64,000 nt of DNA, taken from positions 369,830,001 to 369,894,000 of the forward strand of contig NW_027362768.1 in NCBI RefSeq assembly GCF_046119375.1, written 5' to 3'. Below are positions 11,531 to 24,900 of the stretch, piece after piece. The position numbers and the translations under genes were made by a program. The stretch comes from Phyllobates terribilis (taxonomy: Eukaryota). The notes beneath the pieces are model-generated. The model did not search any database. It was not told the origin of the DNA and saw nothing but the letters and a program-made list of their open reading frames with translations. The first letter of the stretch is position 1, and every line of letters begins with the position of its first letter.

Positions 11531-14500
11531 AGGGTGAAGCGTTGTCCCTGGGAGCAGCGAGCGCATGTTGTGGAGGAACCGATTCTGCAAAGAAACCCAG
11601 TAGCTCTGAGGAATGTGCCGAAAATCAGAGAATCCACTTTTCTTATCCCGCTCGTTAATTTTGGGACGTGGTCCGTTCGTATTTTTTCCTCCTCTTACGC
11701 GTTTTTCTTCAGGTCCCAGGCGCCTTCCTTTACCCTTAGTAGATGCCGTAAGAGGCCGACCGTTCCAGATTTTGCTCTTTTCCATTTTTTTTTTTTTTTT
11801 TTCCCTCCTTCCTTTTCCTTGTTGTTTAAGCCTTCCAACGCTCCACCATCTTGCAGAGAATTGTTTGGGCAGTGAAAGGGTTGATCTTCATTTTTCTTTT
11901 TTTTTTCTTTTTTTTTTTTTCTTCTTCTTTCCTTTTTGTTCCTTTTTGTTCCAGATGGCAAGTGTTGGAAAAGTAGTTCAATTTTTTGAATGGCTGTTAA
12001 TAGAATTAGATTATTATGCAAACTGTCATTTTGAACTGTTGTACAATTATACAGAAAAAAAATAGAATTACAAAAAAAAAAAAAAGAAAAAAACACTTTT
12101 TAAAAACCTTTAAAGTGCAGAATATTTTTTTTATTTAACATTTTCCTTTCTGTTTTTGCTTACACCGGGGCTGCAATCTAGGGGGGTCCCGAGGATAATG
12201 CTCCTTTATACACTGTCCTTTCTTAAGAACACAGGCACGGCAGCACACGTCTTTCTGCTGCAGTGTATCAGTGCAGGTATCTGTTTGCATCCAGACTTTT
12301 TGAATGGAAGCAAATACTCAGCTGTGAGAAGTATTGGGGGGGGGGGGGGTATTTCTGCAACAAATTGGCTCCGTTGACCTGGTTGGGGATGGTTCTGCAG
12401 CATGTGCAAGGATTACTGTCAGATTGCAGGAACACATCTGCCCTGTCTAAATTCACTCTTGGGGTGCAATCAGACGACTGAGATTGGACCGCAATGCGTG
12501 GACTGGCCGGCAGCTCTCCAGATATTTCTATGCAGCGGTCACGCTCGGGTCGGTGGAGCCTCCGGCCAGTCCGTGCACTGCGTTCTGATCTTCCTCCGAT
12601 TTATACGGCTGTCTGACTGCTCTCTTAAAAGGGTATTCCATTAAAGCAAGTATAGGATAGGTGTTAACTGCTAGATCTTTGGGGGTCCTACCACTGGGTC
12701 TCCCACCAATCACAAGAACATGGGTTGAGCGCTGAGACTGTCACCCACCTCTCGGCTTAGAGCAGGATTAGCGATGTACAGGATTGCTGCCTCTGCACGC
12801 TAGCTGTTCTCATTCACTGACAGCAAGCACTTAACTTAGAAATTGGTGAACTGATACAAGACCTTTATGGAACGTCACATATACACCGAGATCAATTATT
12901 TTATGCTTCTGAACCCACCACCCCTCACTTTTAGGATGTAATGAACTTGGTTGTCTTTGTAACTGTTCCTTACATCTGACTAAGGCCGGATTTCACACGC
13001 CCTTGTGTCACTGTTCAAGCCGTGAGGCTGTTCATTTTGGATTGGGAGACCCTCGACCAGACCCCGGATGTGTGAATACAACCTTGGGGTGCTGACTGCC
13101 ACAAAAAAAAAAGATTGAACCTGAGATTCAGTTGCAGAAATTTCTTATTGGGCAGAGACGTGGCTGTGGAAGGGGAAAATCGGCGATCTTGTGTGACGGT
13201 GGCAGCACCTGCACATTGAGCGGCGCCATATTGTCTAAGTGCCAGAATTCATCCATGAATATTATTTTTGTGCCCGGTCCCCCCACAATGACTTGTAGCC
13301 ATAATCCAGTGTTACAATTGTCTTCTATAATGATGCACAAAAGCAACTTTTCTTGTCGCTCGGCACATGCAGATGATCTGTGGTTAGTCTGGCCGCCGGC
13401 ACTTCCGCACTAATCCCAGCTCTCTGGTGGGGGTGATTTGGCTTTCTCCAGGCTGCCCACATCGTCTCTCTGCAACCACAATGATGCAGTGATTCCTCCC
13501 TGTGCTTCATCTGCGTATTGTTCATGTCCAGGAAGGCACAATGGTGACGCCGTGCCCAGCTCGAGTATGAAGCACATGCACAAGATCTCCCTCGCCTGAG
13601 AGATGACGGGGGCAGCCTGGAGCATGTCAGTATCACCGCCTGATTGGATAGTGAGGCCGGACTGTTCTGTGGAAGCGTCACCTGCCCGGACAAGTCGGAG
13701 ATAACTTTTCCAGATGCAAAGTGATGGCACTGAACCAAAGTATCATAGAAACCCCCCCCCCCCATGTTTCTTATACTGACCCTATTTTTTGCTGGATTAA
13801 CATGATTCCAGGCTATCAGTTGCTGGATTAATGGACTGTGCATCCTCAGCTGTCCCCCGTCTGTCTATACAAACCCTCCCTGACGCAGGTTAACCCTTTC
13901 TGCTATTTATCACAGGCTCTGCCACTTTGCTCTGATTCCTTGGTGCTCCATTTCTTATACCGGCAGCCTCTCTGTGCCAGTCCTATCCTAGATAAATGAA
14001 ACGTCCGCCCTGCAGAATGCGCTGGGATTAGGAGGGGGGCGTACGACACCTCGCCGAATGTGCGGCTATAAATACCCGGAGGGTCGTGCCACCGCCGAGC
14101 TGAAAACTGTGTGGGATCTGACAAAAACCAGCTCCTCTCTGTTATCTCGAGGGGAATGCGATTCTTCATGACGGCGCCGCTGCTGCTTTGTTTTGATAAG
14201 TCCAAGATTGCCTGTATGTTTAGATGCAGCTTCTGCTCCGTTCCCGGCCGTCAGTCTTTTCCTTCTGTGTCTGGGAAATATATGATCTTTTTTTCCTTAA
14301 AATGTGCCGTTCTGGAGTCTGAGAAAGTCCGAAAGTGGCAGATGATGGAGCCGCTGATGGTCAAACTACAGTCTGACGTTTTTTAAATGGAGAAACTATT
14401 AAGTGATCGACGGTCATATTACCAGGAAAGCTGGGTGACTGTGGCTACGGCAGGTCATTGCCCATTACTATTGCTTCCTAATGCTCCTCCACCATCGCTG

Positions 14501-15743
14501 GAAGTAGAGTCGGCAGCGTGGCCTCTTCTTAACCCCTTGGCACAAGAGCTTACATGTTCGGCATATGGACGACATAGTGCTAAAGTTGACACGGAAAATG
14601 TAGTAGAGCTGCGGCCTTCCTCAGCGACGGCCGAGATCAGAGCTACCTCCTATCTCAGGCTTGCACCCCCCCCAGGCCTCATTATCACAGCTGGAATATA
14701 GACGTATCCTAATCTATGGGGTAGTTCACTTTTGTGTCTTTTTTTGCATACCCCACAAATTTATTTTTTTCCACAGACGTTTTTTGTGATCTGGATAAAA
14801 ATCATCCATTCATGGAGGTACGTGACAATCACAGATGCCAGGCGCTGTCTGTTTTTAATAGGTACAAGATTTGCTTTTTTTTTTTTTTTTTTTTTTTTTG
14901 CATATGAGAAAATTACTGATCGTAAAAGCCACTGATGAAAATCCGGCCGCTCCCCCCCCCCTTATTGCATTTTATAGCGTCTGCACCGTGCACGAGATCT
15001 TAAAGGGCTCTTCCCATCCTACTAGGTGGATATGGTCTGATTGTTTTGATCAGTTTTATAATTTACTTTTAATTAAAATTTGCAGCCGTTCTTGCGCTAT
15101 CAACCCTTTTATTTTTAAATCCGCTGTTGCCTAGGCAACCGACCGCCGCCGCTGCCTAGCGTGCAAGCAATCCTCAAAGCTTCAAAACGGCTCGACAGAC
15201 GAAAGGTTGTAAGCGCTGCGCAGGTTCTGTTGTCTAGCAGCAGTGGTCGGTCTCCAAAGCAACGAGCTGTAAACAAAGGGTTACGATCTCAAGGACAGAA
15301 CATTTTAATAAACAGCAAATTGCAAAATTCCTTATTACAACCCTCCAAAATTAGAAACGTCAACCCCCCGAAATGTTTCTTATAGGGACTTTTTTTTTTT
15401 TTTTTTTTTTTTAGTTAAATACAGTTGGGGCTAAAAATCATTTTTGCAATTGGATCCCATTAAAACCGTTGAACTTTTACAAAGCTTTGGTGTCAGCCAC
15501 CCGCGAGGAGCTCAGAAAAAGATGGCTGAAAGGGTTAAACTCCTGTCAAGACTTTCAGAACCAGCTCGCTGACAGGTTCTAGGTTTACTCCTCCTGCAGC
15601 TCACAGTGCAAGGAGGAGGCTGGAGAAAGGAAATGGTGCTAAATTCTTAATGGTATCCAAGATGATATTTAGCCAAAAAATACATGCGTTTAAGGGAAAA
15701 AAAAAAGCACAAATCCTACAAGGTGGATGATCCCTTTAAAGGA

Positions 15744-15862
15744 GTCACGTGACTGCGGTGAGCAGGTGCAGCAGGATCAGAACGTGTCAATCACATGAGG
15801 AAGCCGCCGTCTCCTAGCAACCTCCCTCCTGGTCCTCCCGTGACGTCAGCGGCCCCGCCCCC
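15744..15862 (+). promoter_or_regulatory. p4htm proximal promoter: E-box GTCACGTGAC, CRE TGACGTCA and GC box in a CpG island
   Basis: GTCACGTGAC 15744-15753, TGACGTCA 15841-15848, CCCCGCCCC 15853-15861, 80-200 nt upstream of ATG 15943; CpG-rich to about 16330. Confidence 0.6.
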
Positions 15863-15942
15863 AGGTGTCGCCAGCAGGTAGCACGCGCGGTTGCCCGGGT
15901 GACGCGCGGCCCCGGCTCGTGTCGCTCAGGCCGGGGGTCTGG

Positions 15943-18900
15943 ATGGAGGCCGCCGGGATCGGGGGCAGCGCTCCGGAACATGACGAGGAGCCGCCGATCA
16001 GGGACCGGCTCGCCGGAATCCAGAAGGGGAACAGCGTGTGCTCCCGCTCGTACTTCGTGGTGGTGATGGTGTTCGTGCACGTCTACATCCTGAATGTCAT
16101 CGCGCTGCTGCTCTACGTCTACTACAGCAACGGCAGCCAGAGCGGAGAGGACACCGGGGGACCGATCGCCGCCGTCAGCACCCCGGCCCCGGAGCACAGA
16201 GCCCCCCTGCGGCATGAGGACGGCGGCGCCCCGTACAGCTACCTGCCCCGGCTGGAGGGCATTAAGGTGGGTGACGGCCCCTGGTCATGTGACTGCCGCT
16301 GTCAGCGCGTGGGGAGGTCAGGTGACTTTTACAGCAGAGGTGTAAAGTGAAACGAGAAGTTTCCCATAGCAACCAATCAGAACGTCGCTTTCTTTCCATG
16401 TGGCTGCCTAAAAAAATAAAAGCAGCCAGCTGATTGGCTGCTAGTGTTAATAAGTGAATGCGCCCCCCTATAGGTGACAGGGACGGACTCCAGTAATGCT
16501 GGAGTGTTTCCCACCAAGGTCCGATGTCTGGGGGCTTTCACTCGTCACTAGAAGGGGCCCCCAGAGAGGAGAATGGTGCAGCGACCCTGCACACAGACAT
16601 AGGGGGCGCCGTCTCCATGGTTGTACCTAGCGGCCGCTCGCCGTGTTTCCTCCTCGCCTTTATTATTTTTCCGCTCCATATAACTGAGGTGACGTTCCTA
16701 TTGGGACCATTTTGGGGTCCAGACGACTTTATCTTTTTATTTAGGAGGTGAAACGACCAAAAATCAGCGATTCTGACAGAAGGTTTTATTTTTTTTTAAT
16801 TCACCGTACGGGATAAATAATCCGATATTTTATGACGCAGTGGTGACACCAGATAGGGGGATTTCTCATGATGCTCCTCCTGTATTTTTTACAGTTTTAT
16901 TCCTGCCATCTTTTGTACATTTCTCTGCTTTGATGTCGCTGGGTATTGTATAATTATCCATCTCCTATGGAGACGCAGGTGTAGAAACATGGCCGACACG
17001 GGCCCTCGGTAGCCCCCACACTGGTTGGTGCAGGCTCAGCTCCTGACAGCGCTCCATACATACAGAGCCGAGCACTTGTCTGCTGCACCAGATCCTGCAG
17101 CCCCCCAGCATTGCAGGCGAGACCCCCGACCCACCTGTAAGCAAAAAAGATTAGAGGCATCAATTTGTCTGGACTTGATCTCAAAATTTGGGACAGTTGT
17201 CATACAACCCTGCAGCTGCACTTTAGGTTGGAGGACATTTTCTATCTCTACCACCTGCGCCGGGGTCCAGCAAGCCCCTCAAGAGCCCTCCGACGCAATC
17301 AATCCTCTGCATTATCAACATCTCTGATTGCTGTCAGTGAATTGAAGCAATCTTGTATCCAGAAGCTGCAAATTAATCCTATTGGCTTAAGTGCACATAC
17401 AAGGGGATGCGCTGATACATTGTAACGAGTCTTGCACCGGTGTATACAAATGATACAAGTATCTGAAATTCTGTGTTATAGTAAAGTGTTCCAGACGAGG
17501 GACATGCTGGGAGTTGTAGTTTTGCAGCAGTTGGAGAACCACCGTCCTACTCCTTGGACCGCTGGCAAACTATGGCGTCCTCTGCAGGGGAAATGTAGTG
17601 TAACATAGCAGCTGATAGGATGAATGGACGTCCATGTAATACAAGGTTGGTTTGTTTTTTTTGGAACGGGAACCGCTTATATTGGTCATAAGGCGAGCTC
17701 CTGAGCCGGGGCCCCCTCCATGGCATGGATAATAATGAGATAACCCCAGTTGTATAAATGATGGCGCCCCAGATGTATGGCAGCAGTGCTATGTACGGGA
17801 GATCCTTCCTGCAGCCCACAATCTCGCGTCTCCCTTCTTGGCGGCCGATCTGATCGCAGCGGACATCGCCGCACTGTCGGAGGACGACACAGTTGCCGTC
17901 TATGCCCCAGTATACGCCGTATCCACAGGGCTCTGCTTATTCTTAGCCTGACCTATTTCTGATAATAAATTGTTATTTATTACTTCCTATATCTGCACTT
18001 TATTAAAGGGGTCGTCCAGTTTTTTCTGTTTTTCTCGGCTTGCTGTCAGTGGACGGGAACGTTTTTGTTTATATCCAGAGATCGTAAATTCTTAAACTAC
18101 ATCCTGACATAATGGATGAAACCCACGTGTGATCCAACTCACGGATCGTGCTGCAAATTCACTGTGGATTTCACCACCATGAAAATCTGCGGTCAGCTCC
18201 TGGGCCCATCAGCAGTCCAGAGGAATCTGCAGACATTACATACCGGTGTGAACCCGGCCTTAGTCACAGCCATTTAAAGGGGTATAACCACGGATCAGAA
18301 GAATTAAAGGGCCAAAGCATTAATTTAGCTCTGCAGCCCCTTCATTGTTTTTCCATGCCCCTGGAATTGGTGAGGGTCCCACTCATCGGACCTCCGCAAT
18401 TATCCAGCTATGCCATCACTTCATCAAATCGGATTAACACTTTCAGCTCACAGAGGATTATCTAGGATACAGCTGGGGGTAATCTGCTGTGAGAAGTATA
18501 AGGCTGTGTTCACACTGGAGTTTTTTTGGGAGCCTAGTTGCAAAAATAGAACATTTTGCACAACTTTTTGTACAATTAGAATCAACGGCTTTCCACTGAC
18601 AGCTATGACTTCCCCATACACATATACCCAGAAACAGCTGATAACAGAGAACAATAGATGATATCCAGCCGTGTCGTAGACTGAGATGAGTCAGGCTTTA
18701 AGCGAATAGTTCACTTCTAGGTACAACTATTATTATTTTATTTTTCTTTAATACATGTATTTGGAGCTAAATATCATTTTTGCTTTTCGGTTTCATAAAA
18801 GATACTGCACTGTTTGACTTTTACAGGCTCTTTTGTTCCTCTGCACATTCAACTTTGATGTGGTCATAAATCAGCCGAGAGGAGCTCAGAAAATGCAGAT

Positions 18901-21900
18901 AAAAGATAAAAACTGTCCCATCGGACCGTCAGAATGAGCTCGCTGACGGATTCTCAGTTTGCTCATTCTGCAGTCAGAAACAGACAATGAAATACGGAAG
19001 ACATAGAAGGCAAACAGTGCACAATTTTTTTAATAAAAACCCCAATTTAAAAAAAAAAAGATTTTTAGCCAAAAATACATGTATTTAAGTAACAAAAAAA
19101 GTTGGACGAGCCCTTTAAATGCCCCCCATACACGCTAAATTGTCACATGCTGCATAATCCCGGTATTATTCCATCGCTGTGGGACTTTTCTGCTTTGACC
19201 GGACCTGGATCTTAGATTTCTGTACAGATTCTAATTCCTGTGAAGGAATGTGTCTTAACCTCCAGTGACCCCAGTAAGTTCCAGCCCCTCCGGTCAGGAC
19301 CTCGTACATTCAGCTCTCCCTCCCCCATTCATTGTGTCCATCAAACTCCAAGTGGCCCTACTTTTGTCCCATTTTCTTGCTTTGTATCTAGGTTATAAAT
19401 TAATGATCTGACCATCGAGACCCTCACTGAGCACGAGAGCAGGGATCCTGTGTCGTCCCCGTCCCCCCCCACCCCGTATGAATAAAGCTGTGGTGCGCAT
19501 GCGTGGCTTTCTTCTACGGTCACACATGCGCATGATCTATCTGCGGACACTGGACCCCATTCTTGTGATCAGATCCCCTCCGATCAGAGTGCTGCTGTTG
19601 CGATCTGCTGATGATGAATCTTCCATTTTCCTGTGGCGCCACCACAGGACGAGAGAGGTATTGCACATTGCTCTGGCCACCAAATGCATGGATATGTCCT
19701 GGCTAATACATGTGAGACCCGAAGGATCGTACTGATCGCTCCTCTCTTTCAGGTCGGCTACAAGCAGAAAGTGGAGCTGGGCAACAACAAGCTGTACGAC
19801 ATGAAGACGCTGAGCCTGAAGCCCCTGCTGTTTGGTAAGCGTTGAGCCCCCCGTGACGTAGGGGCATGTAATCGTCTTAATGCCGTAGGATGGGGGGGTA
19901 GAAATGAGCAGCAAATCAGCAGATGTAATCGTGTCTGCATAGGGGTCACGGGGTCCGGCCGCTCTGTAATCCCCCAGATCCCGCGCTGCCGCCTTCCTGC
20001 AGATTTCATCCCAATGAGCGAAGCTCCCTGGTCTCCTGCACATAAGCATCCGGTCTCTGGGCCAGGGGACCCCAATAAGTGACGCACACACCAGACGTTT
20101 ATTACAGCCACACGTGTATTGGTTTCCATCCCACATATATACAGAGCTATATACAGTCATCAGGCTCGGCACCTTCTCTTTTACTCTAGGGCTACACACC
20201 AAAACCAGCGTTATGCTGCCCGGTAGAAGGGCTACTTGCCATCACCCCGGGTGGTTCCTCGCGATTTTTGGTGCATTCATCAAGATTTGTCGCACTCATG
20301 ACAATCATGATTTAAAGGGGTTGTCCACAGCTTGTTTCTGAAGCAAGAAAAGGCTAAAACCCATGACATACCGGCTTCAACGTCCACGGCTCCCATGCAG
20401 CCAACTCTGGGGTCTACCGCAGGACAGGCGGCAATGATATCCTGTTCTTTGGTCACCTGACTGCTGAGGTTTGTGATTGGCTGCAGCGATCAGCTGACTG
20501 GAACGATTTCATCATCAGATGACATCCCATTGCAGTCACCTGCAGCCAATCACAAAGCTCTGCAGTCAGGTGACCAGGATGTCATGGCTTTCTGACTTGC
20601 CGTTTAGTTGGACAACCCCTTTAATAAGTCGCTGCCTTTAAGGACGTCTTTCACCAATGAATAACAGTTATCTGTTCCCAGGAAAGCTGTGTGACCACCT
20701 CTATGGCTTCCATTACCGCACCCACCTTCTCCAGGAGATCAGGTCTGCCCAGCCACCGGGGGGTGTAATGGCGGCCATATCTGATGTCACCCAGCTTTCC
20801 CAGGATTAGACAGACTACGATACAGCAAAGGATAACGCAAGGCTGAGATTTACTGGTGATTTGCTGATTATTAGGGGGAACTGTTCATGCGCAGCCGCCG
20901 CCCCGGGGGTCCTACGATCTGCACTTGTGATGCTTCCATTTCTTGGCAGCGAAGTGCAGGTTCTTGTTCCTCTTCTGCCAGGCGTAGGCTTTGTGCACCA
21001 CGATCTTGTCTTCTTGCACGTCCCCGCTGACGACATAAGCGCCCGTCCGGGTCCCACGCATTATGTTCTGCACACACGTGGCATCCAGGTCCAGCCACTG
21101 CTGGAGTCTGGGGAGGATGTCCCCCCTGGACAGCGGGCCGTGCTTTATGACGTCCACCCTGGAGTCCATGTCAAAGTCGGAGACGGAGCTGGAGGTCGTG
21201 TTCCTCTTTGTGATACGAATTTTTGCAGCTGCAGAAAGAAAGAATAAAAGATGGAGCCGCGCGCAACTCCTGGCGCTCCCTCCACCCGTACGGAGCCGCG
21301 CGCAACTCCTGGCGCTCCCTCCACCCGTGCGGAGCCGCGCGCAACTCCTGGCGCTCCCTCCACCCGTGCGGAGCCGCGCGCAACTCCTGGCGCTCCCTCC
21401 ACCCGTGCGGAGCCGCGCGCAACTCCTGGCGCTCCCTCCACCCGTGCGGAGCCGCGCGCAACTCCTGGCGCTCCCTCCACCCGTGCGGAGCCGCGCGCAA
21501 CTGTCGGCGCTCCCTCCACCCGTACGGAGCCATCGCGCAACTGTCGGCGCTCCCTCCACCCGTACGGAGCCATCGCGCAACTGTCGGCGCTCCCTCCACC
21601 CGTACGGAGCCATCGCGCAACTGTCGGCGCTCCCTCCACCCGTACGGAGCCATCGCGCAACTGTCGGCGCTCCCTCCACCCGTACGGAGCCATCGCGCAA
21701 CTGTCGGCGCTCCCTCCACCCGTACGGAGCCATCGCGCAACTGTCGGCGCTCCCTCCACCCGTACGGAGCCATCGCGCAACTGTCGGCGCTCCCTCCACC
21801 CGTACGGAGCCATCGCGCAACTGTCGGCGCTCCCTCCACCCGTACGGAGCCATCGCGCAACTGTCGGCGCTCCCTCCACCCGTACGGAGCCATCGCGCAA

Positions 21901-24900
21901 CGCTCGGCGCTCCCTCCACCCGTACGGAGCCATCGCGCAACTCTCGGCGCTCCCTCCACCCGTACGGAGCCATCGCGCAACTCTCGGCGCTCCCTCCACC
22001 CGTACGGAGCCATCGCGCAACTCTCGGCGCTCCCTCCACCCGTACGGAGCCATCGCGCAACTCTCGGCGCTCCCTCCACCCGTACGGAGCCATCGCGCAA
22101 CTCTCGGCGCTCCCTCCACCCGTACGGAGCCATCGCGCAACTCTCGGCGCTCCCTCCACCCGTACGGAGCCATCGCGCAACTCTCGGCGCTCCCTCCACC
22201 CGTACGGAGCCATCGCGCAACTCTCGGCGCTCCCTCCACCCGTACGGAGCCATCGCGCAACTCTCGGCGCTCCCTCCACCCGTACGGAGCCATCGCGCAA
22301 CTCTCGGCGCTCCCTCCACCCGTACGGAGCCATCGCGCAACTCTCGGCGCTCCCTCCACCCGTACGGAGCCATCGCGCAACTCTCGGCGCTCCCTCCACC
22401 CGTACGGAGCCATCGCGCAACTCTCGGCGCTCCCTCCACCCGTACGGAGCCATCGCGCAACTCTCGGCGCTCCCTCCACCCGTACGGAGCCATCGCGCAA
22501 CTCTCGGCGCTCCCTCCACCCGTACGGAGCCATCGCGCAACTCTCGGCGCTCCCTCCACCCGTACGGAGCCATCGCGCAACTCTCGGCGCTCCCTCCACC
22601 CGTACGGAGCCATCGCGCAACTCTCGGCGCTCCCTCCACCCGTACGGAGCCATCGCGCAACTCTCGGCGCTCCCTCCACCCGTACGGAGCCATCGCGCAA
22701 CTCTCGGCGCTCCCTCCACCCGTACGGAGCCATCGCGCAACTCTCGGCGCTCCCTCCACCCGTACGGAGCCATCGCGCAACTCTCGGCGCTCCCTCCACC
22801 CGTACGGAGCCATCGCGCAACTCTCGGCGCTCCCTCCACCCGTACGGAGCCATCGCGCAACTCTCGGCGCTCCCTCCACCCGTACGGAGCCATCGCGCAA
22901 CTCTCGGCGCTCCCTCCACCCGTACGGAGCCATCGCGCAACTCTCGGCGCTCCCTCCACCCGTACGGAGCCATCGCGCAACTCTCGGCGCTCCCTCCACC
23001 CGTACGGAGCCATCGCGCAACTCTCGGCGCTCCCTCCACCCGTACGGAGCCATCGCGCAACTCTCGGCGCTCCCTCCACCCGTACGGAGCCATCGCGCAA
23101 CTCTCGGCGCTCCCTCCACCCGTACGGAGCCATCGCGCAACTCTCGGCGCTCCCTCCACCCGTACGGAGCCATCGCGCAACTCTCGGCGCTCCCTCCACC
23201 CGTACGGAGCCATCGCGCAACTCTCGGCGCTCCCTCCACCCGTACGGAGCCATCGCGCAACTCTCGGCGCTCCCTCCACCCGTACGGAGCCATCGCGCAA
23301 CTCTCGGCGCTCCCTCCACCCGTACGGAGCCATCGCGCAACTCTCGGCGCTCCCTCCACCCGTACGGAGCCATCGCGCAACTCTCGGCGCTCCCTCCACC
23401 CGTACGGAGCCATCGCGCAACTCTCGGTGCTCCCTCCACCCGTACGGAGCCATCGCGCAACTCCTGGCTCTCCCTCCACCCGTGCGCAGCCGCGCGCAAC
23501 TCCTGGCGCTCCCTCCACCCGTGTGGAGATGTGGCAAAACTACAACTCCCAGCATGCTTTAACCAACCTGCAGCTCATCGGCTGCTGAAATACTATGACT
23601 CCCAGCATGCCCTGATAGCTCGATAATAGAACATTACCCAGCCGATGCCGGGGCATGCTGGGACTTTAGCTTTTCAGCAGTCAGAGAGCCACAGGTTGGA
23701 ACCCCCCATACTGATTAACTAGTTGCTGGATAACCCAATGAATGGTTTCTTCTAAGGCAGATATACGCTGCAGTAGATGGTATATACTGTATACTGCTAA
23801 TACCCACCGGCGCTGCTGGATGTGGACGTGACGTGACATCAGCCCGAGCCTTGTGTCTTTATATGGTCCCAGAGCCGGTGTCAGCGGCTGTAATTTACTT
23901 TTCCAAGGGGGGCTCCCGTCACGTCTCCCCCCATACACAGGGCTCGCCTCCTGTATATGCAGCGCGGCTTCCGAGACAGAAAGCATGACTTTCCAAGGCA
24001 TCTACGCCTCGGACGAGCGCCGCTCTGGAGACGACACGGCCATTTATGGGTCTGAACTATTCAGCGACAGATGGTTCACCTGCAGCAATGTATCATCGCG
24101 CCACCTGTTCGCCTAAAATTATCCATGGATAGGAAAATCTTGCTGCTTCCTTCCAGAAACGGCGCCATCCCTGTGCACAGATTGCATCTGGTATTGGAGC
24201 TCAGCTCTGCTGCAATGAATGGGGCTAAGCTGCAATACCAGTCACAGCCTGTGGACAGGGGTGGCGCTGTTTTTGGAAAAAAAGACAGACCTGGTTTTTC
24301 CAACCCTGTACAACGCATTTAAAATCTTTTTTTTTTAAACTTAACTGATTCATTAACTTTAAACGGGCTGCGGTCGGTGGGGATCAGCAATTGGTTGATT
24401 ACGCTGCAGCGCCACCACAGGATGAATGAAGTATTGCAGGCTGCCCATTGAAATCAATCCATGTGTCAGATCCTCCAGAGTGGGGAGCTCTCTTGCAGAT
24501 AAGAGGGTCTTGAGTAAGCCCCCTCCACCCTACCCATTAATTAATGATGAGACGGAAGGGCAACAACGCAGGGAAAAGATCAAAGGGAATTTGTGTGACT
24601 GCCCCTGGCGGCAGCGTAGATGGACACTGAACTGTTGGCATCCGTCTCCCCCCTGCCGTTACCTGTACCCATTTACAATGGGCACAGATGACGCTGGCAC
24701 AAGTGCAAGCTTCGCTAAGTGGCGGCAGCACTCGAGGTGCAACATGTCAGCACTTACTGAAATCATTAGCACAGAAGGTATCCAGGATCTCCTTGGCAGA
24801 GCTGGCCTCGTCGAGTTCACAGTCCCTGCAGCTGGCACGGGGCACCGCTGTAAGAGGAGAGGAGCATTAGTATCCGGGGTCCTATATAGCCCCAAATATA

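Noticed and set aside
14000-14120. GC-rich segment with TATAAATA (about 14068) as the promoter of an unknown gene
   Set aside because: No downstream exon or ORF support; it may be arih2 3' UTR or intergenic sequence.
12000-15700. Short ORFs between arih2 and p4htm, and similar 60-170 aa ORFs in introns
   Set aside because: No domain motifs, no splice-linked partners, and many overlap MITE fragments.
15814-16345. Antisense and alternative-frame ORFs over p4htm exon 1
   Set aside because: Expected by-product of GC-rich coding and CpG-island sequence; no independent evidence.
20912-23626. Six overlapping 780-870 aa ORFs as novel repetitive proteins
   Set aside because: They come from a stop-free 39/40-bp array. 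Only 20912-21228 is real coding sequence (crescent exon 4), with its own splice acceptor.
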